Positions 50,293 to 63,300 of a stretch of DNA of 64,000 nucleotides are shown one piece after another (the stretch's first letter is position 1; each line of letters begins with the position of its first letter). The stretch comes from Psammoneis japonica. Its lineage: Eukaryota. Below the pieces are notes generated by a model. It was not told where the DNA came from, did not search any database, and worked only from the letters and a program-made list of their open reading frames with translations. The stretch spans positions 1 to 64,000 of the forward strand of contig QPGO01000151.1 in the NCBI GenBank assembly GCA_008632985.1, written 5' to 3'. Made by a program: the position numbers and the translations under genes.

Positions 50293-51625
50293 CTAGACAA
50301 TCATCCTCGCGGTCGCAACCATTCCAAAATGATCACTTAGATAGTGATGCGGGTTCGTCAAGGGTCGGTTGGCAATGAGTCGAAAGTCAGTAACAGACCC
50401 TTCTCCTCGCAGATAGATGCGATCGAATCGGCACTTAAATGGAAAGGCTCCTTCACCATGATAGCGATTGTGTGGTCCTGATCCGGCTGGGGCTCCTTTG
50501 GGTGTATGATCGGTGCTGTCCCAAGTGTTCTTTTCGGAAAAGACAGATCCGGCGGACTTCCAAGCGTCGTTCAAACCAAGACGTTCAACGTTTGTGTCCT
50601 CAAATGTCCTCATGTTGAAGTCTCCCGCAATGATCAGTATGTCTGTTGTACAAGACTGAAGCATGCGCTTTGTCTCCTCTAGTCGCGAGGGGGCATTTTC
50701 CTTGAAAGGAGAAAGATGACATGACGCAAACGTTATCGTCTCGTATGAGCCATTGCTTCGCAAAAACTTCATGGTTGCCAGCACGGCAGGTGCTTGCACA
50801 TCAGCTGTGCGGACAGTGTGATGAGCCCAATCGGTTTTGAAAAATAGAGCGACCTTCTCGCAGTGCGACTTGCATGTCCCAACGCATTCATAGCCCGGAA
50901 GAAGCCCATGCTCTTGATGATCTGGCACTTCCTGAAGACAAACGACATCGGGAGAATATTGAAGGATTTCAGATTGAAATGCACGAATAGGATCCCAACC
51001 AATTGGTGCCGCCGATGAAGGCATCAGACCAGATACATTCAAGGATACATCGTAATGCTGTCTGGAAGCAGCGGTGGTGATCCGCGTTTACCAAAATCCA
51101 ATGAAATGGATCCCACCGGTGGAGAATCAATCCGGTATTCAGAGTCTGGCTCATTCTCGGCGTTGCTGTCGTCATCGATGTCAATGACCTTTATAGCGTT
51201 ATCACTCCCACCTTTGGCCGAGCCACAAGCTTCGCAGGAAGTGTTCATTGGATCGTTCAACAACGTACAGAAAGAACAGGCCCATTGAGGGCTTGACTCA
51301 TCCGCAGCGATTTGAGGGTGTTTAGTCGGGCGCTGCTTCCGTCACTATTCAATGATGTCCTTTTTGACCCTTCGTCATTGGCATGATCTTCTCGCTTGCA
51401 TGCAAAGACTTGAACTCGGTCATTTCTTGAAAATGAATCTTGAGCCAGCTTATTCATATCATTCAGAGTTCTCAGTGGATAACCAGCTTTGAGTGTAATG
51501 TTATCCTCAAGCGAAAAGGAGTCCATCGCCATGTGCTTTACATCTTGTACCTTGGCTGTTGCAGACACGGAAACAATTTTCCGCGGCTTCCCGTCGTGGC
51601 ACAGACAAATCCTAAAGTCATTCAT
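50293..51625 (-). CDS. Ubiquitin-like + RanBP2-type zinc finger + EEP phosphodiesterase (TDP2-like)
   Basis: LKAGYP UBX-like N-terminus; WACSFCTLLN..SCEACG; PDVVCLQEV, SCHL, AGDFN, NTWD, RFDRIY, SDHFG; 1-nt deletions near 51290 and 51045. Confidence 0.83.
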
Positions 51626-52080
51626 GGCGTCCTTACAGTCATAGTATCAGATACCAACGCAGCGCAAGAACAGCTAAGTGTGTGTACAGCAGTGAGAACG
51701 GTGAAAATAGCCGTTGATGGATTTCTGCCCAGTTTCAGGCCCAGTTTCACTGGCCCAGTTTCAATGGCGTCTCGACATCAGAGGAGGACAGGAGTGTCCC
51801 GTACCGGTACCGTACGGTAGACTATGAGGCTACGACTAGCATAAACGTACCTGTTATACCGGTCAGACATTTTGTATTGGATTTTATGTACCCCTTTATT
51901 TAACGATAACGGTTCTTGCCAAAACAAATAGCAGGTTTTACATGTGTTACATATACAAATGTCTCACAAAAGTGCATACTTTTCAACTATTTAGATGTTT
52001 TTGTAGGTGTTACACATTCAACCGTCGATACTCCGTTTGTCAACTCCGTCTTTGAATAATACTTCATATATGCTCGAATG

Positions 52081-52081
52081 N
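52081..52081. other. Single N, probable contig join
   Basis: Only ambiguous base seen; composition changes abruptly across it. Confidence 0.7.
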
Positions 52082-54334
52082 TCATGGAAACTCCTCCTCT
52101 TCCAAATGCAGAGCACTCTTTCTTCAAGTTGAAAGTGACAATGAACCTGTTTTGATTGGGAAAGACAAAGCCAGTTTCTTGGTTTGAGTTTTCAAATTGA
52201 GTTGATGGTTTGATTTGTTGGCAGAGTTTGATTCCTCGGCATTGGCGAAAGACAAACACGCTTCCAAATCAATCGCAACACACATTAGAGTGCAGTCAGT
52301 GGAAGAAAACCACTGGGGATTCACCTTGTGTTGGCAGAAAAATTGCTGCTCTAGATGCTGCTCAAGACCAGATGTTTGCTGCTCGAGATGTTGCCACTCA
52401 AGACCAGCCAGACTGTCGCTCAATGTGCAAGATGCAATGCCACAAAAAGCACAGACTGCTTCTAGACAGAAGTGTCAACTGCTTGATGCAATGTGACACA
52501 CCACTTTAGAGACTGGACAACAGATGGTGTGACACCGCTGGAGACTGGCTGGATTTGCGTGCTCGATGTGACACCACTCCAGAGAGACTCTGCACAGACC
52601 ATTGCTGAGATGAGATGTTTTCTGCTCCTGCTTAAGCCACCAACCTTGAACACTCTAATTCTCCATCCCTGGGACCCACATTTTTGAAAGTGCTTTGCTG
52701 CTGCATCCGAGTTGCTGAAAGCAGCACCCCACAGTCCAAGTCTTCTTGCCAACACTCCTGATTGCCCTCAAGTTGTCCATGGTGAGGGAAGCATGCTTTT
52801 CATGCTGAAAACATTTTTTTGATTGGATTGAGGTCAAGACTGTGGTGCAGTGTGCAGAAACCTTGGCATTCACATGTGACTGTCAAGGGGCTGCTTCAAC
52901 TGGGACAACTGCCAAGGCTTGGAGAGTTGCCTTGTTTGCAGGACGAGTGTCGCAAGAGAGATGTTTCTCGGATTCTTGGGGAACATGTCAAGCGCAACAA
53001 CTGCCAAGGGTCAGAGAGGACACCGGTGTCATGAGAACAGCATCTGCTGCTTGGATTTGATGATGGCCAGAGTCAGATGTGCTTTTGGCATCATGTTCTC
53101 AGCAACTCAAATGACAAGCTTGAGACAAACCCTTGTCAATGTGGCGAAATTTCATGAGGCTGCTCACTTCTTGAATCATCCACTGCCCCATGCCAAGCAA
53201 CCAAAGCTGACATTCCATCTGAGTGCAAGCAAGCACACACAAGTCCAACTCCAATCCTGTCACTCATCATCAGTGCCTCCAAGAATTGCACTGATGACGA
53301 GACTCACCAATCAAAATGATGTTGTCATTTGCGCACTTCTTGTTCCTTGTTGCTCTTGGTCTTGGCGGTGGAGCCATTCATGAGAATTCTGAACAGCAAA
53401 GAACATGCTTGGCACTGCATTCTCACAAACATGATTCCAAGGCAAGAATGTGGGAAGCTTGGGTGAGGAAGCCACCAGATCCAGATCTGCATCGCTCATG
53501 TTGACGTTGTCATGGTGAGGTTGGCTGGGCTGCAAGTGAAAAACCAGTCTGTCCTCTTCCAACCAGTCTGTCCTCTTGCAAGAGCAAACTTTGTAAAGCA
53601 ACTTTTTTACAATGGCTCCCCAATGTCTGACATGTGAGCCCAATCTGCAAGCATTGGTCAGAAGGTCAATGGAGATCTTGGCAAAAACAGTGGGATGAAT
53701 GTGCACTGCATCACAGAGCACAGTGTGGCGGTGGGGGCAAAAGCAGCACATTGCCATTTTCTAAGAAAAATGTGCCTTTTGAGAATTTGCAGAGATTTTT
53801 TGTCATCAATTGTCCTCATTGATGGATGATTTTTACATTGTCCATTTCCAATTTGTGCAAAACACCTGGGTGCTGCAAAGTGCAAGTGAGGACAAGGCAA
53901 AACAACAATGAGCGAGAGCTTGTTGGCCCACATCATTTGATGCAAGTGTGCATTGTGGACTCACCATGCTGGCATTGCAAGAGACAATGGCTGAACAATT
54001 GACTTGCTGCACAAGAAGTTGGATGCCCAAAAAACTCTGCAAATTTTTCGGAACATTGCCATGCAGAATTCTGCTGATGACCGGTCTGTCCTCTTGGTGT
54101 GAAAAAAGGCCCTCATTGTGACAGCAGCAATGGCATTCAGAGCCATGAACCTGGTGAATGCAGGCATGAGAGCACGTCAATTGACAATGTGAGAAGATGC
54201 AAGAAGCATTGCACACTGAAAAACCCATCAATTTTGGCAACAAAATTGACTTTTACAAAGATGCCAAAAGGTGGAGGACAGACCGGTTTTTCACTTGTGG
54301 GGTTTTTCATTGCAAGGAAGCGGTCAGCCCAAGA

Positions 54335-54831
54335 TGCTGCACCAGTGAAAAATTCAGCGGACTTTTTTTCAGGATGAAGTCACAGACCCCACAACCCACA
54401 CATCAGCAGAAGGCTCATGCAGAGCTTTTTAAGATGCACTCAGTTTCATGTTCAATGGACACAACTGGGAAAGCTTTAGCTTCTCTGAAAGCACTTGGGT
54501 TTCCCAAGCTGTCGCTTGTGTGCAAGCAGCAGATTTTCATGTTCTGGCAATCACATGTGCGTTGACACACACATGGGAGTGCAGTGGCTGGAGTTTGCAA
54601 CATTCACACAAACTTGAATTTGACAAAAGTGCTTGGGGAACAAACCTTGTTGCCATTTTGCATGGGCTCTGCAGGTCTCACCATGACAAAACTCAAAAAT
54701 CAGCTTTTGTCATGCCACACAGAAGAGCGGGTGTTCTGCGTGGCATGACGAAAGCCAATTTTCAATTTTGTCTTTCATTTTTGAGATTTTACATGCAAAA
54801 AAAGTCTGCTGAATTTTTCACTGGAGCGGCA
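54335..54831. repeat. ~35-bp inverted repeat pair enclosing ~0.43 kb (MITE-like or subterminal transposon structure)
   Basis: CCAGTGAAAAATTCAGCGGACTTTTTTT (from 54342) versus AAAAAAAGTCTGCTGAATTTTTCACTGG (to 54824), one mismatch at a CpG. Confidence 0.75.
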
Positions 54832-54899
54832 AGGAAGAAGACAAGGAAAAATCTTTGTGCCATGAAGCTGCGCAGAATCTGCACAGATCATGACATCAG

Positions 54900-57800
54900 C
54901 GATTGTGCGTCTGACACTTTCACAACCACATCACACATCATCAAGCACACAACTTGCAGTGACAGCCATTGTTGGCCATGGACATGCGGGTGTCCAGAGG
55001 AAGCTCAAGGAGAGCTCCTTGTTGACAATGCAAGTTCAACAGGAAGACACAAGTCAATGTTGGGAGGAGCGGTGATTGCAAAAGACATGGTGTCTGTTGT
55101 TCCCAACAAAGGCATTTTTGCCACAGCAGTGACATGTGCTGATGAGAATGTTGTGGCTGGCCACCCCAAGGATCCAGAAGAAGAAGAAGCCAAGAAACTG
55201 CTGGAGTCAAGGAAAATCTCCTGAAGGAAGAAAATTTTCAAGAAGCGCAAGAAGTGGCAGATTTGTGCCGTGAGAAGCTCCTGAGTGCAAATGACTTGAA
55301 GACCACTGCAGCTTCAGACCTTGAAGAATGTCATTGAGCACTCAAAGAGAGAGCTGAAAATGTGTGACTGAGACGTGCAATTTGTGTTGTCAGGAAAATG
55401 GGCTGGAGTCATTGAAGCAGCTGCTTGTGTGCTGCAGCCATGCCTTGACAAGGAGCAAAATGTGAAGTCAAGGCAAGATGATGTGGAGCTGTCATGCCAG
55501 AAGCACACAGCAGTGTCATCAGCTGTTGACCTTGCCACTCATGCGGGAGAGGACTCTGACAGCAATGCCAACAGCAATGACAACAAGGATGAAGATGACT
55601 CTGGATGTGTGCGCAACTCAATGAAGCACAAAGCCACTTGGAAATGCAAGTCAAAAAAGGTTCCCCAAGGCTCGCTCCTCTTCCACTGGCAATCAGTCAA
55701 AAAAGAAACACTGCAAGAATGGCAGTGCCAAAAAGGAGGGCAGCTGTCAGAAGCAGTTGATGGACGAAGACTTCCTGAGCAAGCTGAAGAAGCCATGCAA
55801 GAAGTTTTAAAGAAACTTGCCCAAATGGATTTGTTGGTCAGAGCTTTGCGTTTGATCACGGCACAAGCAGGTGTCAGTGTTGCAGCACTGCGGTCACTTT
55901 CTGCAATGTGTTGCAGCATGTTCATGGCTCCAAGAAAGGCAAAACAACAGATCATCATGCAAAGCTCAAGAAGTGGAGTGAAAATGAGCAGCATCAAGAA
56001 AGTCTCTGCTCTGTTCACAGCAACTGGCAGAGCTCCGTCAACACCCTTGGTGAGTGCATTGACAAGGACACTCACATCTTCCATGTTGAAATCACCTGGA
56101 TGCTTTGTGCAACCACCACACCAATCAACAAAGCTGGTCCCTTGAAGCCAATCATGCACAAGCACACAAACTTCAGCATTGGTGCAACCACGTCTTTGTC
56201 AGATTGCTTTGTGACTGCCCGAGAGTGTTGTCTCAAGTGCGTCAAGGAGTGCATTGCAGACAGCTTTGCCAAACATTCTGTTGTCATTGATGGTGCTCCA
56301 TCATTCACCAAAGCCAAGGGCATCAAAATCTGTCTTGCACCCAAGAACTTCAACATCCCCAAAGAACCCATGACTTGTGTACATCTCTTGAAAAAGTCGC
56401 CAAATGCAGCTCTTCTTGGAAAAGTGATGGTGGGAACCCCCATGAAAGACATGTCTTTGTCCTTGAAGGATTTGTTGGCTGTTGGCATGGATCATTGTTG
56501 TGCCAATCATGCTTCAATGACATGGCTGAAGGATGCTCACAATGTTGTTGCATTTGAGTCAAAGTGCAGCTCTCATGCTCTGATCAAATGTGGAGAGAAA
56601 TTCACAGACTGTACTGGGAAGAAAGCAAGACAGCTTCTGCCTGACCAAAGTGTTTCAGTCTCACCAAGGAAAAGCTTGTCTGCCATTCCAGGAGGAGTTT
56701 GGTGTCATGCCATTGGTGAAGGGTGGCATTCATTGGTGGATTGAGTGGGAGATGGCCCAGCAGAACACTGGATTGTCTCTCAAGAAGATCCTTGCAGCAG
56801 CAGTGAGATGCACTGAAAGAGATTGTTCCACCAAGTTGCAAAAAAAAGCAATGGAGCACCTCAATGACAACGCAACCATGGCAAGGGTGATTGTTGAAAT
56901 TGCAGCTGTGGCAGGTGCTGGATGTTGTTTTTACATTGGCACACATGTGCTCTTGAAGGTGATGCCCCTCTAATCTGTGTTGCTCATGAGGAGCTGCTGA
57001 AACTTGAGGTGACCACTGTCAAAAACAAGGCCCTGTGTCCTTTTCTCAAAAAGGCAGCAGAAAAAGCAGAAGAGCTTGTTGCCCCTGTGGTGCACGAGTT
57101 TGATTTTGCAGATTGTGGAGCTTGCTGACAAACTTGAATCAAAGGAAGAAGCAAGGGATGCTGTCATGGCAACAGCAGCAGATGGAGTGTCTGCAGAGGA
57201 GCATGAGACCAAGGCAGGTGGCAGGGGCTGCAGTTGCCGTCATCATCACCCAGGTGTGCATGCCAGTTGATTGCAACAAGCTTGCCACTCCTGTGGCAGC
57301 ACCACCAAACCCTGTTGTTGAAGAAGCAGATGCACTGGAGGATCTTAACAAGGAGGCAGAAGATGCAGAAAAGGAACTTGAGAAGGTGACTCAAAACAAG
57401 GAAGACTTCAAAACAAAAGCAGGAGGTGAGAGCAAGGCCAGTTTCATCAATCATGGCAAAAACATTGTCACACCAGGGAACAAGCATTGCAAGAAGACAC
57501 ACTTCAGTGCCAATGGTGAAATGTGTGAGGTTTGAAAGGCAGTCAAAGTGGCAAGCACACTCAGTCCATTTGTGCTTGAGAGGAGTTCTTTGGAGCAAGT
57601 GCCCTTGCTGTTTGAACTCTTGAAAGCACTTGGATTCCGTCACTTTGCCCATGCTGAATTCATTGGAGGACTGTGCAGCCAAGCAGGTGGATTGATTCAA
57701 GCAGCAAATGCTCCACATGATTGGGGCTCTGTTGAAAGAGCAGCATCTCACAACAAAAGCCCAGCAAGCAAAGACAAACCAGAAGAAAGCTGAAGAGGAA

Positions 57801-58080
57801 TTGGCTTGTGCAGTGAAGTGCAAGTCCTGGGAGGAGGATCCGTCTGAGAGGGCAAGGCAAATTTGGCATTGGTGGCAGGACCACAAGCCACACTTTGAAG
57901 ATTTTGCAACTGCTGTGCATCTTGTTGCTCCAGCTCAAGTCTCAAGTGCATCTGTTGGATGTCTTTTCTCCCAGCTCAAGCTCATTGTAAACTCGGTTGG
58001 AGAGAGATTGTGCTGAAAGAGACCCTGGGAGCTCATCTCTTTGTCCTCAAGAATGTTGTCCCTGATGGCATCTGCCTCGC
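54900..58080 (+). mobile_element. Degenerate hAT-superfamily transposase
   Basis: VVIDGAPSF, MDHCCAN, CSSH (CxxH), IHWWIEWE (TRW equivalent), LEGDAP, and dimerisation domain WHWW..FATAVHLV...QVSSASVGCLFSQLK (SSA.VER.FS). Confidence 0.82.
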
Positions 58081-59014
58081 ACATTGAGTGCAATTTGCGC
58101 AGTGTTCGAAGTGTTTTGGCAAGTGTTTTGGTGGCCGTGGGCTCCAACACACATGACTGGATGAGTGAACTGCTGGACAACAGCACCACATTGGCTCAAC
58201 TTTGCAGCACATCACAACAAATGGTTTTTCCTTGTGGCAACTTGGTCCCCACTGGCATGTTCTGGCAGCTGTGGGTTCCAGAGACAAGTCTGCTGCTGGT
58301 GAAAGGACCATGTCAGTCGCAACTGTGCAGCAAACAATGACAGTTAATTTTTCCTTGTCTGGTTTCCTTGTCTTTACTTGTCCAAGGAAAGTCAGGGCCA
58401 AACAAGGAATTCCCCACAATCAAAAACCCCAGAGGCAAGGAGCGAGACCTGCCACACTTGTGGAAACTGGGGTGCAATTTGGGGGTGCAAATGCATGCAC
58501 CTGATTTCTGCACAAGCAAGTGCAAGAGTCTGAAATGTGACAGCTGCAGCTCTGTGAGCACTGGAGTGCACATTGAACACATGCTCTTGAAAAATTGATG
58601 ACACCCAAGCAGGAACAACTCAACATCTCTAGTTCAATCAGTTTGTCTGCAGGCAAGGCAGAACATTCAAATGACTGCAACAAAACACAGCGGTCGCTGT
58701 TCTGACAAGCCTGGTTGATTTGCAATGACGCCGTCAATGTTGCGCGTTGTTGTTGCATCCATGGCCAAGGTTTCAGCAACCATGTGGCATGTTTTTCTTC
58801 AGAAAATGCAGGAAGTTGCCATCATTTTGTTGTCTGTTGACCAACCTCATCATTTTTTGCTGTTCTTTCTTTCATGAAAACACATCACAATGGCTCCCCT
58901 CCAACAATTTTTCACATCTCCTGTTGACTGAAGTTCATTGTTGATTGACATGGCTGTCATTGTTGTTTGATGCTCAGATGTTTTCTGCCATTGCAGACAA
59001 TGCTGAGTCTGCTC

Positions 59015-59350
59015 TGACAAGGAAAACAACTCTGTTGGTTTTGTTGACATCAAAGAAAACAACCTGTTGGTTTGGCTGATGTCAAGGAAAACAACCAATT
59101 GCTTTGGCTGACATCAAGGAAAGCAAGCTGTTGTTTTTGTTTGCATGAAGAAAAGCAGCGTGCTGCTTTGGCCAATGCCAAGGAAAACAACCTGTTGTTT
59201 TTATTGACATCAAGAAAAACAACCTGCTCTTTTTGTTGACATCAAGAAAAACAGCCAGTTGTTTTGGCTGACATCAAGAAAAGCAGCTTGTTGTTTTTGT
59301 TGATGCCAAGGAAAACAACCAGTTTTTTTTTTTGCTGAAGTCAAGGCAAA
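59015..59350 (+). repeat. ~32-bp subterminal tandem repeats (GACATCAAGGAAAACAACCTGTTGTTTTKGYT)
   Basis: About 10 degenerate copies; inverted copies at ~63390-63515. Confidence 0.85.
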
Positions 59351-59564
59351 CAACATGCGTGGCTTGCGTTTCTTGGTTCCGCCGCCATTGTTGTTGGCCT
59401 CTGCAGTTTCTGGTTTGTTGGGTGCTCTGGGTTTGTCTTCAACTTCCATCTCTCATTGGGTTTGGGTTTTGGGTTCATCAATCTCAATTTTTTCCACCCC
59501 CCACTCTGATCCATTTGTGGGACACTCCTTTGCACCAGCTGCATGTTGTCGGAGTTGTTGGCGC

Positions 59565-60780
59565 GGGTTTTCAGAAAAGCTGTGGGGCAAAAACAACTGC
59601 GGGTTGAAGGATTTTCAGAAAAGATGTGGAGTGCAAAAAGCTGTGGGTCGCAGGATTTTCAGAAAAGCTGCAGGATGCAAAAAGCTGCGGGTTGCAGGAA
59701 TTTCAGAAAAGCTGCAGGATGCAAAAAGCTGCGGGTTGCAGGATTTTCAGAAAAGCTGCAGGGTGCAAAAAGCTGCAGGTTGCAGGATGTTCAGAAAAGC
59801 TGCCAGGGGTGCAAAAAGCTGCGTGTTGCAGGATTTTCAGAAAAGCTGCTGCGGGGTGAAAAAAGCTGCAGGTCGCAGGATTTTCAGAAAAGCTGCGGGG
59901 TGAAAAAAGCTGCGGGTCACAGGATTTTCAGAAAAGCTGCAGAGTGCAAAAAGCTGTGGGTCACAGGATTTTCAGAAAAGCTGCAGGGTGAAAAAAGCTG
60001 GAGGTCACAGGATTTTCAGAAAAGCTGCAGGGTGAAAAAAGCTGCGGGTTGCAGGATTTTCAGAAAAGCTGTGGTGCGCAAAAAGCTTTGGGTTGCAGGA
60101 TTTCAGAAAAGCTGCATTGTGCAAAAAGCTGCGGGTTGCAGGATTTTCAGAAAAGCTGCTGGGTGCAAAAAGCTGCAGGCAGCAGGATTTTCAGAAAAGC
60201 TGCGGTGTGCAAAAAGCTGCGGGTTGCAGGATTTTCAGAAAAGCTGTGGGGTGAAAAAATCTGCGGGTTGCAGGATTTTCAGAAAAGCTGCACGGTGAAA
60301 AAAGCTGCGGGTCACAGGATTTTCAGAAAAGCTGCGGTGTGCAAAAAGCTTCAGGTTGTGTGATTTCAGAAAAGCTGTGGTGTGCAAAAAGCTGCGGGCC
60401 GCAGGATTTTCAGAAAAGCTGCGGTGTGCAAAAAGCTGCGGGTTGCAGGATTTTCAGAAAAGCTGCAGTGTGCAAAAAGCTGCGTGTCACAGGATTTTCA
60501 GAAAAGCTGCGGGTCACAGCATTTTTAGAAAAGCTGTGGGGTGCGAAAAGCTGTGGGTGGCAGGATTTTGAAAAAAAGCTTTTTAGAAAAGCTGTGGTGT
60601 GCAAAAAGCTGCGGGTTGCAGGATTTTCAGAAAAGCTGCAGGTTGAAAAAAGCTGTGGGCTGCAGGATTTTCAGAAAAGCTGCAGGGTGCAAAAAGCTGC
60701 AGGGGTGCCAAAAGCTGCAGGTCGCAGGATTTTCAGAAATTTGGATTTTTAGAAAAGCTGTTGCAGGGTGAAAAAAGTGC
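59565..60780 (+). repeat. 44-bp minisatellite, roughly 27 copies
   Basis: Unit GCAGGATTTTCAGAAAAGCTGCGGGGTGCAAAAAGCTGCGGGTT; GGAWTTTCAG core recurs at 59609, 59653, 59697 (period 44). Confidence 0.95.
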
Positions 60781-60794
60781 AGTGCTGAGTCTCG

Positions 60795-60955
60795 CTCCAA
60801 AGTTGGTGCACCAAGTTTTTGCCCAAAACGTTTGCATGCTGAGTTTGGCCCCAAAGTTGGGATGCCAAGTTTGGCCCCAAAGTTGGCATGCCAGGTCTTT
60901 CCTTAAAGTTGGCATGCCAGGTTTTGCTCCAAAGTTGGCACGCCAAGTTTGGGCC
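60795..60955 (+). repeat. ~26-bp tandem repeat (CCAAAGTTGGCATGCCAAGTTTGGCC), about 6 copies
   Basis: CCAAAGTTGG recurs at regular spacing; unit is quasi-palindromic around GCATGC. Confidence 0.85.
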
Positions 60956-62912
60956 TCAGGCGGTGAAGGCAGGCTTTCGTTTGTGCAAAGGAGAGCTTCT
61001 AGAATTGGTTCTTGAAGGCACCATCTTTTCTGAGTGATGGGTTTGTCTTTTGTGTTGCCCGCCCAGGTGGAGAAGACAATGCTGTCACCCACAAGCTTTC
61101 AAAAAGCTGCGGGGTGCAGGATTTGCAGAAAAATTGCAAGGACCAAAAAGCTGCGGCTCAGAGGATTTGACCAAAAACTTGCAGAAAACCTGCAAGGATC
61201 AAATGCTGCAGGAGCTCCACACTGCTGGGACCGGTGTGACTGGCCATCATGCAAGCGACTCACCTTGCAAGGATCAAAAAGCCCACCCATGCTCATCAAA
61301 GATTTTTGCATGGTCTGTCTGCCAACCTGCATTGTGCAATGCTGTCTTGATTTTGTGTTTCGTCTGATGTGTCAATTTTTGAAGATGAGCAAAATCCACA
61401 TGCTGCCATGCCAATTTTGCAAGCTGCACATCTCACACTTTTCATCTGGTTTGTGTCATTGCAGAAAAGCCAATCAAAGAAATCACTTTGGCAGAGTTGA
61501 TTCAGCACATTTGCTGGGGTGGAGATTTCAGCCATGTTTGTGACAAGGCGAGGGAGGACAAAGTTGAGTTGACAGTGGAAAAACTCATGAGTTGGTTTGA
61601 AGATCCAGAAAAACAGACCAAAGCAGCTTCTGAGCCAGAAAAGGCAAAAAAGAGGAAACAAGCAAACATTGAATCAGGCAAAGCAGAAATTGCACAGCCT
61701 CAACAAAAACACAAAGCCAAGCTGGGAAACAAATGAAAATGGAGAAATGGCTCTCTGCCTTGTTCAAAACTGTGAAGGACTGCTTTGGGAAAACAGCTGG
61801 CAAAGATGACAACAGAATGCTCCCAACAAGCAACATTCAAAAACAGTTTGTCAGGCTCTCTCAGGAAAGGGGCATGGTGGGCATGGCATCACACTGCTTG
61901 CAAAGCAACACAAACCTGATGGCGGGCAATTTGACAGATCAGATTCACTTCAGAGGAGTCAACAGTGATGGCAAGGACAAGGTGTTTTATGCACCCGAGG
62001 AGCAACAGTCAACCAAAGACATTGATGTCATGTGCAAAAACTCATTTGGACAGGAAGAGGGAGATGTGCTCCAAAGGAAGTCAACTGCAGGGGCTTCCAG
62101 TCAAACTTTGAAGATGACACCCCATCAATGGCAAGGTGCAGTCATAAAGCCAAAATGATCCACAAGAACTTCTGCAAAATTTTTGCCCAAGGGTTGCAGC
62201 AAAAAGATGCAAAAGGGATTCAACAAAGAACAGCTGAGAAAAAAGCATGAGCTGCAAAAGAAACAACGGGCCAATCACATGGGGGAAGAAAGAAACCAAG
62301 CTCACAAAAGAAGGAAACAGGCAAGGTTGAAGGAAAATGTCAGCAAAGAATCAGGCAAGGAAGGATTCAACGAAAAAGAGGGCAGTGATGCAGATGGCAA
62401 TGGTGACATCATGCAGGAGATTGAAGTGCAAGAGGAAGGTGACTTCCAAAACAACAAAGGGGATGAAGGCCAGGACAACCACAAGGAGAGTGTGCATGAG
62501 GACAGCAAAAAAGATGAAATTGTTGAGACTGAAGAAGGTTCCGTGCAGCAGATGGCAGTCACCAGCTCAGAAGACAATGACAGAGATGACAGCAAAGAGG
62601 AAGGTGGCCTCCAAAACAATGACAGGGACAAAGGCCAGGACAGGAAGAGTGAGCACAAGGACAGCAAAGATCAGGGTGGGCACAACAAGGCTGAAAGTGC
62701 ACCCAAAGAAAGGGCAAGTGATGCCAGTTTGGCAGAGCTGAGTGGCAGCACTGATCACTGATTTGCAGAGGGGCTTTCCTGGAGCATCGCAGATCTCCCA
62801 AACATGCAGTGCCACAAATCCATCTGCAGGTGCTCATCCAGTGGTTCAGTTGCATCACACTGTTTGGCAAATGTGATGATTCGTTGGCATGGTTCATTTT
62901 TGCTCAACAAAA

Positions 62913-63300
62913 GTGGCCAAGGCCATTGCCACTCATCCCATGCAATGTTGATGCAACCATGTGTCAATTTTGCATTTTTTCTGTTGGTCAAAGTGGCTGT
63001 GGCCATTGCCACTCCCGCACAAAATTGATGCAGCCATGCGTTGATTTTGCACGTCGATCATGCATTTTTTCTGTCAGCCAAAGTGGCTGTGGACATTGCC
63101 ACTTGCGTGCAAAATTGATGCAACCACGCATCAATTTTGCATGTCAATTTTGTGCAAGTGGCTGTGGCTGTTGCCACTCCCATGCAAAATTGACATGACC
63201 ATGCATCGATTTTGCACTGTGGCTCATGTTGTGAGTGACTCCAATTGGCAAAACACCAGAGATGCAAAATTGATGTGACCATGTGTTGATTTTGCACTCA
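62913..63300 (+). repeat. ~80-bp tandem repeats with internal palindrome
   Basis: GTGGCTGTGG..TTGCCACT followed by TGCAAAATTGATGC..GCATCAATTTTGCA, 4-5 copies. Confidence 0.8.

Noticed and set aside
52081..52100. Very sharp left edge of block C as a biological boundary
   Set aside because: It coincides with the single N, probably a contig join, so adjacency is unverified.
59565..60780. Repeat array as a CRISPR locus or repeat-protein ORFs
   Set aside because: Units are contiguous with no unique spacers, no cas genes, eukaryotic context; the ORFs are translations of a stop-poor satellite.
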